A stretch of DNA of 62,920 nt, counting the filler, from Stramenopiles sp. TOSAG23-3 (taxonomy: Eukaryota): assembly GCA_900128585.1 (NCBI GenBank). It is 9 parts of 9 records of this genome, joined end to end, with 100 filler letters (N's around TTAATTAATTAA, not from the genome) between each part and the next. Parts side by side here need not be neighbours in the genome. Positions count along the whole stretch, not along the records: positions 7,760 to 15,405 come from LT643121.1; positions 15,506 to 23,139 come from LT643123.1; 7 more parts are not named here. One strand, given 5' to 3'. How positions within the stretch are numbered: the stretch's first letter is position 1; each line of letters begins with the position of its first letter. The position numbers and the translations under genes were made by a program. The notes beneath the pieces were generated by a model. It did no database searches. It saw only the letters and a program-made list of their open reading frames with translations, and was not told where the DNA came from. Positions 10,901-19,300 of this stretch are shown piece by piece.

Positions 10901-12263
10901 ATTTAAGATTGAAGTGTTGAGCCACGCCCATGGCAGCCCGCTGTACCTTCGAGCCCATGATCTTCTGTACATTAAAGGAAAGCCAGACCTGCACCTTGGA
11001 GGCGTTTTGCAGCACTCGATGGGCTTTTACTTGCTGCTCCGTGGGAAAGTTTCGATTGTTGACGTAAAGGATGAGATTGAAATGGATATGGATGAGCGCG
11101 AGAAAGCGTTCGAGGAGCTTCAAACCCGATCATCTCCTAGCAAGAGACGTATGAGCGGTACAAGAGTACAACGGAGCAAGTCTTCGCTCCCCCGGTTAGA
11201 GCAGGGGAAGAAGGTCGAAGCAGAGAAGGGGGAGGAGGGGGCGCTCAAAATCCTCGAAAAGGAAGAGCCGGCGGTGAGCACGTCCGAAATCAACGTTAAA
11301 GAGGCCGCAACCGTTGGCGATAATATTGTCGACGACTTTATTTGTTGGTTAAAAACTGAAAATGAGCAACCAAAAACGGCGAGGGACCTTGAAGCCCTTA
11401 TTTCGCAATACCGCGAAAGCACAAAAGACGAAGACTACTTGGGTTTCAAGACAACTCAGGTTGCACTGGACCAGCTTGAAACGGTTCGGGGTCATCTGAA
11501 AAAATTCAAGTCGTCGAGATCGACCGTAAACGAAATCCAAACTGAAGATTTGTCGACTTACAATCACCTCCGAGCTTTGTCTAAAACAAGCAAACATGTC
11601 ACCAAACTCGACTCTATTGGGCGCAATCAGACGTTTGGCGAAATGGAACTGAATTCGGGGGCGACGGGGCGCAAGTTTTCCGCCGTTTGTAATACTCCAA
11701 CTCTATTGTTTTACATATCAGAGACGAATTTCGGAAAATTGCGCAGAAAGTATACCCTTGTTGACAACTATGCAAAAATGAGGGGGCTCTACCACATGGC
11801 AAAAGCTAACTTGAACCGGTTCGGCAAAAATTGGCCGGCTCTAGTTATGGAAGGGTTCATGAAGGCCTTCGACAAGTTTTCCGACGGCCAAGTCTGCTCT
11901 GAAGGAGAAGATGTCAGAGTGCCAGAAGGGACTTATTTTGTTCACTTGCGTAGGGATGAAACAAGTGGCGTGATGGAAATAGAATGCAAGGTTGGCCCTG
12001 ACCATTTCAGGCTGGGAAAGAATGCGCACGGTATAATTATCTCTGAAGACATCAAGAAAGTTCGACGCTCGACGACGTTCAGCATCGAAAAAATAATAAG
12101 TCATAACGATCACATGCAGAACATGTCTACCTTTAAAAAGTTGCGCAGAAAAATTGCAGGAGATAGAATAAAGGAGGAGAGAGCGAAAGTGCTCGCGCAA
12201 CGAGAAGCAGCCATGAAAGCAGCAACCACCAGAAACCTTCACAGGGCCAATTCTATGTTTTAA
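7989..12263 (+). CDS. CPA1 Na+/H+ exchanger, SOS1/NhaP/SLC9C-like, with C-terminal cyclic-nucleotide-binding-like domain
   Basis: FLPPLIFESAF, SATDPVAV, IEGESLLNDGTA, SGVLAVV and WGGLRGAVGLALAL. The long cytosolic tail has GFYLLLRGKV and GRNQTFGEMEL...RKFSAVC (CNBD pattern). Confidence 0.95.
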   Translation: MNGSNAFLKNGTNNGTHGAGHGLHAHKAGGQGEVHFVALMLFVGFFVHKLQPHIFRGAIPYTVLLLVFGVTVGGFHLMTIYDYSKSPPVYAGHVNAWDPIECDENDATCASMWTGNFFKLVLMNNVDPHAIMFVFLPPLIFESAFYVDAHIFLRAFKSIVAMAVVGVIVASTVTALFVMAIYPNYTVNAKVDLTVYGQVLPALLLGTTLSATDPVAVVSLLNSLGAPKALATLIEGESLLNDGTAYGLFLLFLELTKFNLSLEDAPEYICDSAHEVPGCVKDYSSVGTIVVMFALLVFGAVLIGGSIGYLSTLTIAFIYDNKVMECMVTVIAAYGAWIAGEACRASGVLAVVACGVVMGMHKEMLSDESTREFVKEFWEVVCYILNTILFVISGIMIGFNIFDSRNRISFFKDFGLLLILYVVIHVARAVALAVLQPCLNKGVCKGKYSRYDFDHRHSIVMWWGGLRGAVGLALALIVAHDPFWKALDDRYCSIHKCCGDGTEGSGTCWQKKLYFQTAFGEIFMFQVGLIVFLTIVVNGITTGKLVKYFNLQKGESLLDKARFSRVCQDMDNELFKKMKMLQSADEKFILRGVLSRKSGSRIQWDQVYRYLPIADQVVFDQRISRGLIKPHFGDRLDMEHPKRLRHRWKKYVENYSMSNLTLYHSESGQDSSIVFQNHDAIDALKMRSQLHEEALELNDLRVKYINLVKENYWELLSEGYLPVQQLDILKNAENTQKDRIDKHIWQMNQTGFGDDSDSIEELSDLYLQGGNLNEFRHGVEKHAEPPPFLSALHAAFKMVPGLASFIASTLNRAITRDYSLIENFVHAHREAIHELHLRHNDLAKYDYTLDMVVHEAKEQVAEAMNKLDGLGRLYENVIERHETVTATAVLLNYEIKLIKRKIESGELEEEDGHKLLHHVYVSKQKLKSHPVPKVMNTTLEDYLDRALLSDDSPANFMKYMALRMPENVYSEFKIEVLSHAHGSPLYLRAHDLLYIKGKPDLHLGGVLQHSMGFYLLLRGKVSIVDVKDEIEMDMDEREKAFEELQTRSSPSKRRMSGTRVQRSKSSLPRLEQGKKVEAEKGEEGALKILEKEEPAVSTSEINVKEAATVGDNIVDDFICWLKTENEQPKTARDLEALISQYRESTKDEDYLGFKTTQVALDQLETVRGHLKKFKSSRSTVNEIQTEDLSTYNHLRALSKTSKHVTKLDSIGRNQTFGEMELNSGATGRKFSAVCNTPTLLFYISETNFGKLRRKYTLVDNYAKMRGLYHMAKANLNRFGKNWPALVMEGFMKAFDKFSDGQVCSEGEDVRVPEGTYFVHLRRDETSGVMEIECKVGPDHFRLGKNAHGIIISEDIKKVRRSTTFSIEKIISHNDHMQNMSTFKKLRRKIAGDRIKEERAKVLAQREAAMKAATTRNLHRANSMF

Positions 12264-12310
12264 ATCCTGAGTTAAAGGAGTCTATCAAAAAAGCAAAATA
12301 ATAAAATATA

Positions 12311-12550
12311 AAAACAAGAAAATTGGCTGTTATTTATTAAGTAATTAAAATATATTTATATATTATAAAAACAAGAAAATTGGCCCTGTTATCTATCTAA
12401 GTATGTAATTAAAATTAATGTACTGCGAACTGAACTCTATACATTGGTGTGATTTTAGTAATCAACATTACCCTAGTCACTTAGAGTAGTCTTGACTATT
12501 ATTTTCATATGTACTCCTATAAAAACAAAAAACAACTGGCTGTTATTTAA
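12311..12550 (+). repeat. most complete copy of the dispersed post-stop-codon element (first module present three times)
   Basis: AAAACAAGAAAATTGGCTGTTATTTA at 12311, a variant at 12367 and a partial at 12531; TAATTAAAATTAATGTACTGCGAACTGAACTCTA and the TGTGATTTTAGTAATCAA...CTTGACTA tail. Confidence 0.88.
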
Positions 12551-12617
12551 TATAATGTGGGTAAGAGTACGAATATGTAAAAAGAACAAAAAATGTTTTT
12601 TTAATGTGTTTTATAAT

Positions 12618-14801
12618 TCAACTCAATGAGTTCGTCCGCCTTTGCCTCCTCGAGCGATTACTTTCGCTTTCTTGCCTTTCGAATATCTCTTCCAGCCTCC
12701 TTAGTTTCTTTGCGGTAATTCTGAATGACAAAGCTTTTTCAAACAGACTCTCGGGCGTCAAAAAAGATTTTCCAATTTTGCTCTGGCTATTTTGCAAGCA
12801 CTGAACGATGCCCTCAAACTCTCTGGCAAGAAGCATTCGTTCAAGGGAGGACAATATTGCTATGGCGACCTGGAACAAGAGCGGCCACCCGTGCCAAAAG
12901 AAGCCCTGGACGACTATCGTGCTTAAACGTGGCGGCAGGACGTCGTTCTTTGAAAACAAAGTCATGAACCAGGACGAGGCATACATTTGGCTAGAAACGC
13001 CTTCCTGGGCAAAATGCTGGGACAGCAACGGCAGGTGCACCTTGATGAGCGAGTCTAACTGGAAAAAGCACAGTTGCACCCTTCGCATGTCGTTTATGTT
13101 CATGAGCAGACAGAAGCCGTAGTTTTGAAACAAAGACACGAGCAGAAGAAATGCCAAGGGTTCGACGTCCCCAGCAATCTTTAGCAAGCTTCGCGCAATA
13201 AAATTCATGCCTTGGCAGTACGACACCCTCCGATCCAGCATGGCATACGCCCGTAGGATGCGTCGCAACTTTGTCTTCGCAGCCACCAGTGCGACGTCTT
13301 CCTGCACGAGGCCGTCGTCGCAAGTGGCACGCCTCATGTGCGTCGCAGGAGCACTCGCCCACGATGGGGACTCTTGGTCGTCGCCGCCCTCTCCATGATT
13401 CTCGGAAACCCCAAGAGCAACACTGACTAACTTTTCCACATCGTCCACGTTCGCAGACTGGCGACGTTGCCCTGCTGCGTTATCCTCGTCTGCGTGGACT
13501 AATACCCGCTTGCCCTCCTTGCCGTACGTTCGCTGGACGTCTCTCTCTATCATGTCAAAGACGTGGTGCAGCTCCGGGCCAATTGTGGCGGAGCGAGGCA
13601 GTTCTGGCGGGGGTGCCAGCGCGTTCTCGGACAACCGGTCGTCCGGTGGGTTTTCTGTGCCTTCCTCTTCAAGTTTCTCCGTCAGCTTATCGTACGCTTG
13701 CGCAATGTACACGCAGCTGAAAGGCAACGTCCCGTGCTCTTGCGTGCCGCCGCTGGGGGAAAGAGCGCTCGCCAAGCGGTTGCTAAAATCGCGCCTCAAG
13801 TTTGCAACGGGAGGAACGGACACGGCCCACGATTGTTGAGCAGCCACTTGCACACTGTCACTGTTCCCTAACAAACACAACAGCCTGGGCTTTACCTCAC
13901 CGCACACGTTCGTGCCAAAGATGTGCCCGTGCAGGGCCCTTTGCGAAAAATTCCTGCAAACGAACATTGTGTTCAATAGGATTTCGTCCAGGGCAATGAA
14001 AGCGAAGACGTACGATGGAAAGTACTTCGCTTCTGTAATGTGTATGTTGTTCCCCGCTCCGCTGGCGCCAAGTTTTGGCCTTGTGCTGTCGTTCAGTAGC
14101 GCGTTCCCAGAGTTTAAAAACCACCGCTTCTGAATGTACTGAAAGTGAGAAAAGACCCTGTGCAAAAATTTGAAGCGTTTGCTGTACGCCGACGCGAGTT
14201 TGTTCGTAATGTCCCGCGCCCTTGCCTTTAAATCTAATTCTTCCAAGCGCTGCCCCACTTCGTCGCTGCCATCACTCTGCTGCTGCTCTTTTATGAACGC
14301 TTTCAGCGCATCGTGCCACTCCAACACTTCCCGAAGGATTTGGCCGTTCGCGCTGCGCTGCCGCTTCAACGGCTTTGCCACTTTTTTCTCCAAGTCTAGT
14401 TCAAAGTGGCCCCTGACGGAGTTGGCCATTTGCATGGAGCGCCTGTGGTGCTCCACAATGTTGTCGTTGTCCTCTGAGCGAGCGAACACCGTCCGAAACG
14501 CCTCCGACAGTACGGTGGTCTGAAAGCACACATCTTGCACCATTTCCTTGAACTTTGCGACGTCTTTGGACAACGTTTCCAGGACCGTCTCGAAGTTGCA
14601 CATTTTTCCCGCAGCTTCGTCCAGCTCTGGCTCCAGGGAAAGGTCTAAGTTGGCAACGCTGTCTTTCAATGACAAGGAATTCTTGCCCTTCTCTGAGTGG
14701 TTCTGGGCGCCACTATCCCCATTGACGGGAGACGCCTGACCCCTTGTCACCGCGCCCCGACCTTTTTTGAAAAAATTTTGTATTCTATCTTTGTTGAACA
14801 T
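12618..14801 (-). CDS. TBC-domain Rab GTPase-activating protein with N-terminal BAR-like helical region
   Basis: IERDVQRT (IxxDxxR finger), YCQGMNFI (YxQ finger), LLSQHFAQEGV and YASSWFMTLFS. Confidence 0.93.
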   Translation of the reverse strand: MFNKDRIQNFFKKGRGAVTRGQASPVNGDSGAQNHSEKGKNSLSLKDSVANLDLSLEPELDEAAGKMCNFETVLETLSKDVAKFKEMVQDVCFQTTVLSEAFRTVFARSEDNDNIVEHHRRSMQMANSVRGHFELDLEKKVAKPLKRQRSANGQILREVLEWHDALKAFIKEQQQSDGSDEVGQRLEELDLKARARDITNKLASAYSKRFKFLHRVFSHFQYIQKRWFLNSGNALLNDSTRPKLGASGAGNNIHITEAKYFPSYVFAFIALDEILLNTMFVCRNFSQRALHGHIFGTNVCGEVKPRLLCLLGNSDSVQVAAQQSWAVSVPPVANLRRDFSNRLASALSPSGGTQEHGTLPFSCVYIAQAYDKLTEKLEEEGTENPPDDRLSENALAPPPELPRSATIGPELHHVFDMIERDVQRTYGKEGKRVLVHADEDNAAGQRRQSANVDDVEKLVSVALGVSENHGEGGDDQESPSWASAPATHMRRATCDDGLVQEDVALVAAKTKLRRILRAYAMLDRRVSYCQGMNFIARSLLKIAGDVEPLAFLLLVSLFQNYGFCLLMNINDMRRVQLCFFQLDSLIKVHLPLLSQHFAQEGVSSQMYASSWFMTLFSKNDVLPPRLSTIVVQGFFWHGWPLLFQVAIAILSSLERMLLAREFEGIVQCLQNSQSKIGKSFLTPESLFEKALSFRITAKKLRRLEEIFERQESESNRSRRQRRTNSLS

Positions 14802-15405
14802 GAGACGTTACCAGTTCCGACGACGTGTCCAAAAAACGAATCCAACAAAGGATATCTATCACAAAGTTATTTTGCGGAATGGTTCGAATCGAGAAGATAA
14901 AAGTAGGGGGGGGGGGCGATATTCACCCGTTTCGTTGACGACTGTGATGGAAAATATCTTCAATAAGGAAAGAAAAGCGACGGGAAAGGTGTAATAATTG
15001 TTTGGTATTTAATTCCATCTCAACAAGCAAAGAAGGAAAGGACGGAAGAAGAAGAACAAAAAAGATGATGATGATGAGTTTTATAAATTCTCCTTCCTCT
15101 CGTTCATCTTCTCTCTCTTCTTCTTCTATTCTATTCTTCATATAATTGAAACAATACATGATTTTAGTATTTTGTGTTTATTTGTTTGATTCGTCCCTTC
15201 GAGAATAAATATATTTGTCACTTCTATATACTAATAATATGTATAATTAAAATACAACTTTTGTTGAAAACAAAGTATTATTTCCAATATAAATAAATCC
15301 TTAATTATGGATCATCAAGAAGATTTTTTGTTTCTTCTTCTTTTGTTGTTTGAACACCGTTCCTCTTCTCCTCCTTCGCGTGATGAGATCCAAGGTATTA
15401 AAAAT

Positions 15406-15505
15406 NNNNNNNNNNNNNNNNNNNNNNNNNNNNNNNNNNNNNNNNNNNNTTAATTAATTAANNNNNNNNNNNNNNNNNNNNNNNNNNNNNNNNNNNNNNN
15501 NNNNN
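15406..15505. other. artificial contig linker
   Basis: N44-TTAATTAATTAA-N44. Confidence 0.99.
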
Positions 15506-15656
15506 CACTGAAGAGAAACTCCGGCAACGAAAAGAAGTGGTCTACGTCGACATCCTGCAGCCTCATGTCACAACTGTTCGCAAGGACTGTCCTCAGGAAT
15601 AGGTTCTTGACCGGAACCGTGGCATTCATGGTCGCGTTCGTGTGTACGAGCGACAT
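15506..15656 (-). CDS. possible 5' fragment of a gene cut by the contig end
   Basis: ATG at 15656 at an AT-to-GC transition; the frame is open into the linker. Confidence 0.4.
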
Positions 15657-16312
15657 TGTTCACCGCAAGCAAGGTAAGGTGTCGTGAGAGAAGACTTAGT
15701 AATTCGCGAGAACGTGAAGAAATGCTGAAAATAATTGCACACAAAGTGTATCGATCTGCTTTACGTTTGCTTTCCGAATAAATAAAACCGTTGTTGAAAT
15801 TTAAAGGATGAATTGAAAATGCTTGTGCTCTGTCATTTTTTCTACATTTGCTAACTTAACTCACTTTCTCTCTTCTCTTTTTCGCATTCCGTTCTTCTTC
15901 TTTTTATTACCAAAACAAAAACAAAAACAAGTAAACCGTTAATTATAAAAGACAGACTAATTTAATGGGTAATTAGCATTAATATTATTACAGGTAAATA
16001 TTATAATACAGGTAATAATATTGCAACCCCAATCGATCAATCAATTTCAATTTCAATTTCAATTTCAATTTCTGAGGAGTGTTCGGATTTACTTTTTTAG
16101 CAATTTATTTATCACTCTGACTAAATAAATAATACACAGGCAATAATATTTGTACATACACAGCCGCCCCGATGACATGACAATGAAATATAGAGTTACG
16201 AAACGCGCAAGGAGATATAAATTTTTGAAACGGTCGGGCGCCGAGTGGCAGTCACTCGAAGGAGATTTCAGGCATTTTCGTTCGCATCGACAGAGCGGAT
16301 GTATATGGTGCA

Positions 16313-19300
16313 TCACTGGTACGTCCTTTTCCCAGAGCATGTTCCCCAGTCCCCCTTCCAATTTTCGTTCACGGTTAGTTTTCTCCCATCCATGAACGGG
16401 TCGTCTTGCGCGAGGACCATGTTGATGCAGGATTGTTCCAACCCTGCCGCGCGTGCCTTCTCGTTTTGCTTGCAGTCGTAGGTAATGACGTTGCCTACCA
16501 AGTTCTTTTTCAGCCATTCGGTGCAGCTTGTGTCCGGCAACGAGGGGTGGCCAACCACGGGCGAACCGTGCAGGGCCGTGCCTTCCACGCTGTGAAACTT
16601 CGTGATGGTATTCTGAGCCGCAGCAACCAGCTGCTGGTGCGAGTGGTGGCAATGGTCGCACTGCTGCCCGTGGTTCCGGCAGTTCCAGCAAGCCGTCTCT
16701 TCGTGCTTCCCGTACGCAAGAGTCTGCACAAGTGTCGGTACCAACGCGTGCGTAACACCACGAGTGACTAAGTGCGCAAGTGCAAATTCTGACGCCTCAA
16801 ACACTGGCTGGACCGCTATGGACGCCAGCGTCGAAGGGACGGTGTGCTCTAACACCCGGGCTTCGATGGCGGCCAACGAGGTGGCCGTTCGAGCAGAAAC
16901 GTACTCGGTGATGTGGTCCTCCACCTTCGAGGCTACGTCGCCAATTATCGGGCCAGTAATATGCTCGGGGATTTGTCGTGACAGGGCGCCGACAAAAAAT
17001 GTCGTGAGGTGGTGGATAAGCTCTCCTGTAATCACCCGTGTAAAGTGCCCCTTCTCGCAAGTCTTAAAGCCGAACCAGGCGTCGCCATAGTAATGCTCCC
17101 TGGCGGTAGACCTGGAGACGCCCGTTTGCAAGAGAGATGTAAAGTGGGATTCTAGGGCCTTTTTTTTCGTCTTCGTCACTTCCGAGACGTTCTGCACCAG
17201 CTGGCTGAGCGTTCTATCCGCCTCCTTTTGCCGCAGCGCAACATTTTTGGCCGCCGCCTGGTCCCAACGGATGGCTTCATCGGCGGCATCCAACTCTTTC
17301 GCGTACAAGCCTTTCGAGGTCGACCGCGTCGCGTGGTACATGCCTTCGACGGAACGCTCGCGATGGAGCATGTAGTTGGCTTTTTTCTGAAAAAACGAAG
17401 ACCGTTCGTGCATTGCCATGGAAAGTTCGTGGAACGAGTAGGACACTTGGCGTACCCTTCCAATGAGCCTCTCGACGAAATCCGGGCACTGGTCGGGGGT
17501 GGCGGAGGGGACATCCATGTGTGGCTTCTTCCGGCCGCGCGGCGTCTTGGAGGCGGGCGGCGTCTTGGAGGCGGGCGGCGTCTTGGAGGCAGGCTTTGTC
17601 GCTTTAGGGCTGCCCTTCCCCGTCAGGTCCCCCGTTTTGCCTTCGAACATCTTCGGGTCTTCTTTGGCAGTCGGCGATCCACCCTTGGGCCCTTCCCCGC
17701 ACGCGCACGCCCTCTTCATTGCGCGATGGCTACCGGAGCACTGAACGCTTGTTGCCGCCGGGTTGTAAAGGCACGTGCCCTCCCCCACGCGGTAGTGCCC
17801 GTTGTAGTACCAGGACGTCGCTGCAACGCCAGAGAATTTGGCGTTTTTGTACCACCCACGGTAGTAATAGCCCGGAACCCACCGCTTGCGTTTGGTGTCG
17901 TACTTCCGATCACGGTGCCGAGACTCGTCCGTTACAATCGCCCTGCAGCCTTTCGGGCAGATGATGGTGGTCATCAGGCCCTTGCACCCACTGTTTAGCT
18001 TTTGCGTTTCTTTCGCGTTGCAAATCGACTGTTCGGTCGTCAGCTTTGAACACGCATCGGTGCAGGACTGGCCGCGCTCCCCGAGGATTATTTCCATCTG
18101 TCCCCCATGGCTCAATATTCCCGCGTGCCCTTGCGAGTCTGATATTTGATGGGCGTCAAACAGGTCCTTGGCCGTTGGCGATTCGGGGTCGCGCTTGGAG
18201 AAAGTGCCCGAGTCTACTTCCAGCAAGGAGCTGGCGTCGTTGACCTGTGCATTTAACATTTTTTCTGGGTCTTTCCAAGCAAACTGCAAGATCGAGGAGC
18301 GCTTCTTTTGTTCGCTAAGAATTTGTGGCGGGAGGCTTTTCTCTTTGAAAAAGTACGTGTTGATCCCGTTCGAGGCGACGTCGTCGAACATTTTCCCACG
18401 CACCAGAGTCCTTGGCTTCACTTCGTGCTTCGCATAGGCCGGTTGTTCACTGCCCTTCCGGCAGTGGTCGGTGTCCCATATGCAGGACGAAGCGTCCGTG
18501 CAGTCTTGCATTGTCAAAAATTGTCGGCAGCGGATGCCAGCTTTGACGCACTCACTGCCCTTCCACTGGCATCCCGCCAACCTCAGGCACCCCGGCATGT
18601 CTTTGGCACTCCAGCATTGTAGGCTGTCCATCGCCAGGGAGGCATTGATCCCGATTGTTTTGGCCGCTATTGCCACTAAATAATTGGACTTTGACGCAGC
18701 GTTTATTACGTCGGCGTCCGTTAGGTTCTCGATGCGGTCGACGCCCGGGACAATGGACTCGTGGACGTACTTCTTCAGCTCCAGCGGTACTTTAAAATCG
18801 TGGGGCTCCGAGTAATCGTCCCACGGGTACTGTTTCTTCTCGCCGCCCCCGCGGGACGCCAGGGACCCGTTGTTACCCTCGCCCTTTTCACCGTCATCGG
18901 GAAAATGGACGTTGCGCGGATCCAAGAGTTTCTCGAGCTTGGCGTATTCACTGTGGTTCTGGGCAGGGACCTTACAGGAGTAGTTGAAGGCTACCTCGTC
19001 CCTGAGCTTCTTCAGCGCCTTCACTTGCTTTTCAAAAAAGACCGAGCGCGACAGCGAGTGGTTCGCTTTCCCGAACAATAGGTCCACTTTCGGCCGGGTG
19101 TGTTCGTGCGCCCATGCCTGCCGCTTCTCCAACGGGATCCGTTCCAGTTCCGCGTAAAAGTGATCGTCGTCCTCAATTTTCATTTTTTCGAGGTAATACG
19201 TGCACGACCTGTACTCGTACACGCTCAGCACGCTGTACTTGATGTTTTGTGTCAGCAGCTTTGTCGCTGCGCTCACCTGGGTCCCCGTCTTGTTGTTCAG

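Noticed and set aside
16043-16072. (AATTTC)n and other simple repeats (GAA/CTT, TAA, CAT tracts)
   Set aside because: Ordinary microsatellites; short, internal and not telomere-like arrays.
16268-16315. Possible selenocysteine or readthrough at TGA-TGC (..TYQ*CTIYIRSVDANENA*)
   Set aside because: I could not find a SECIS-like RUGA/AA/GA stem-loop downstream, and a 14-codon extension is expected by chance.
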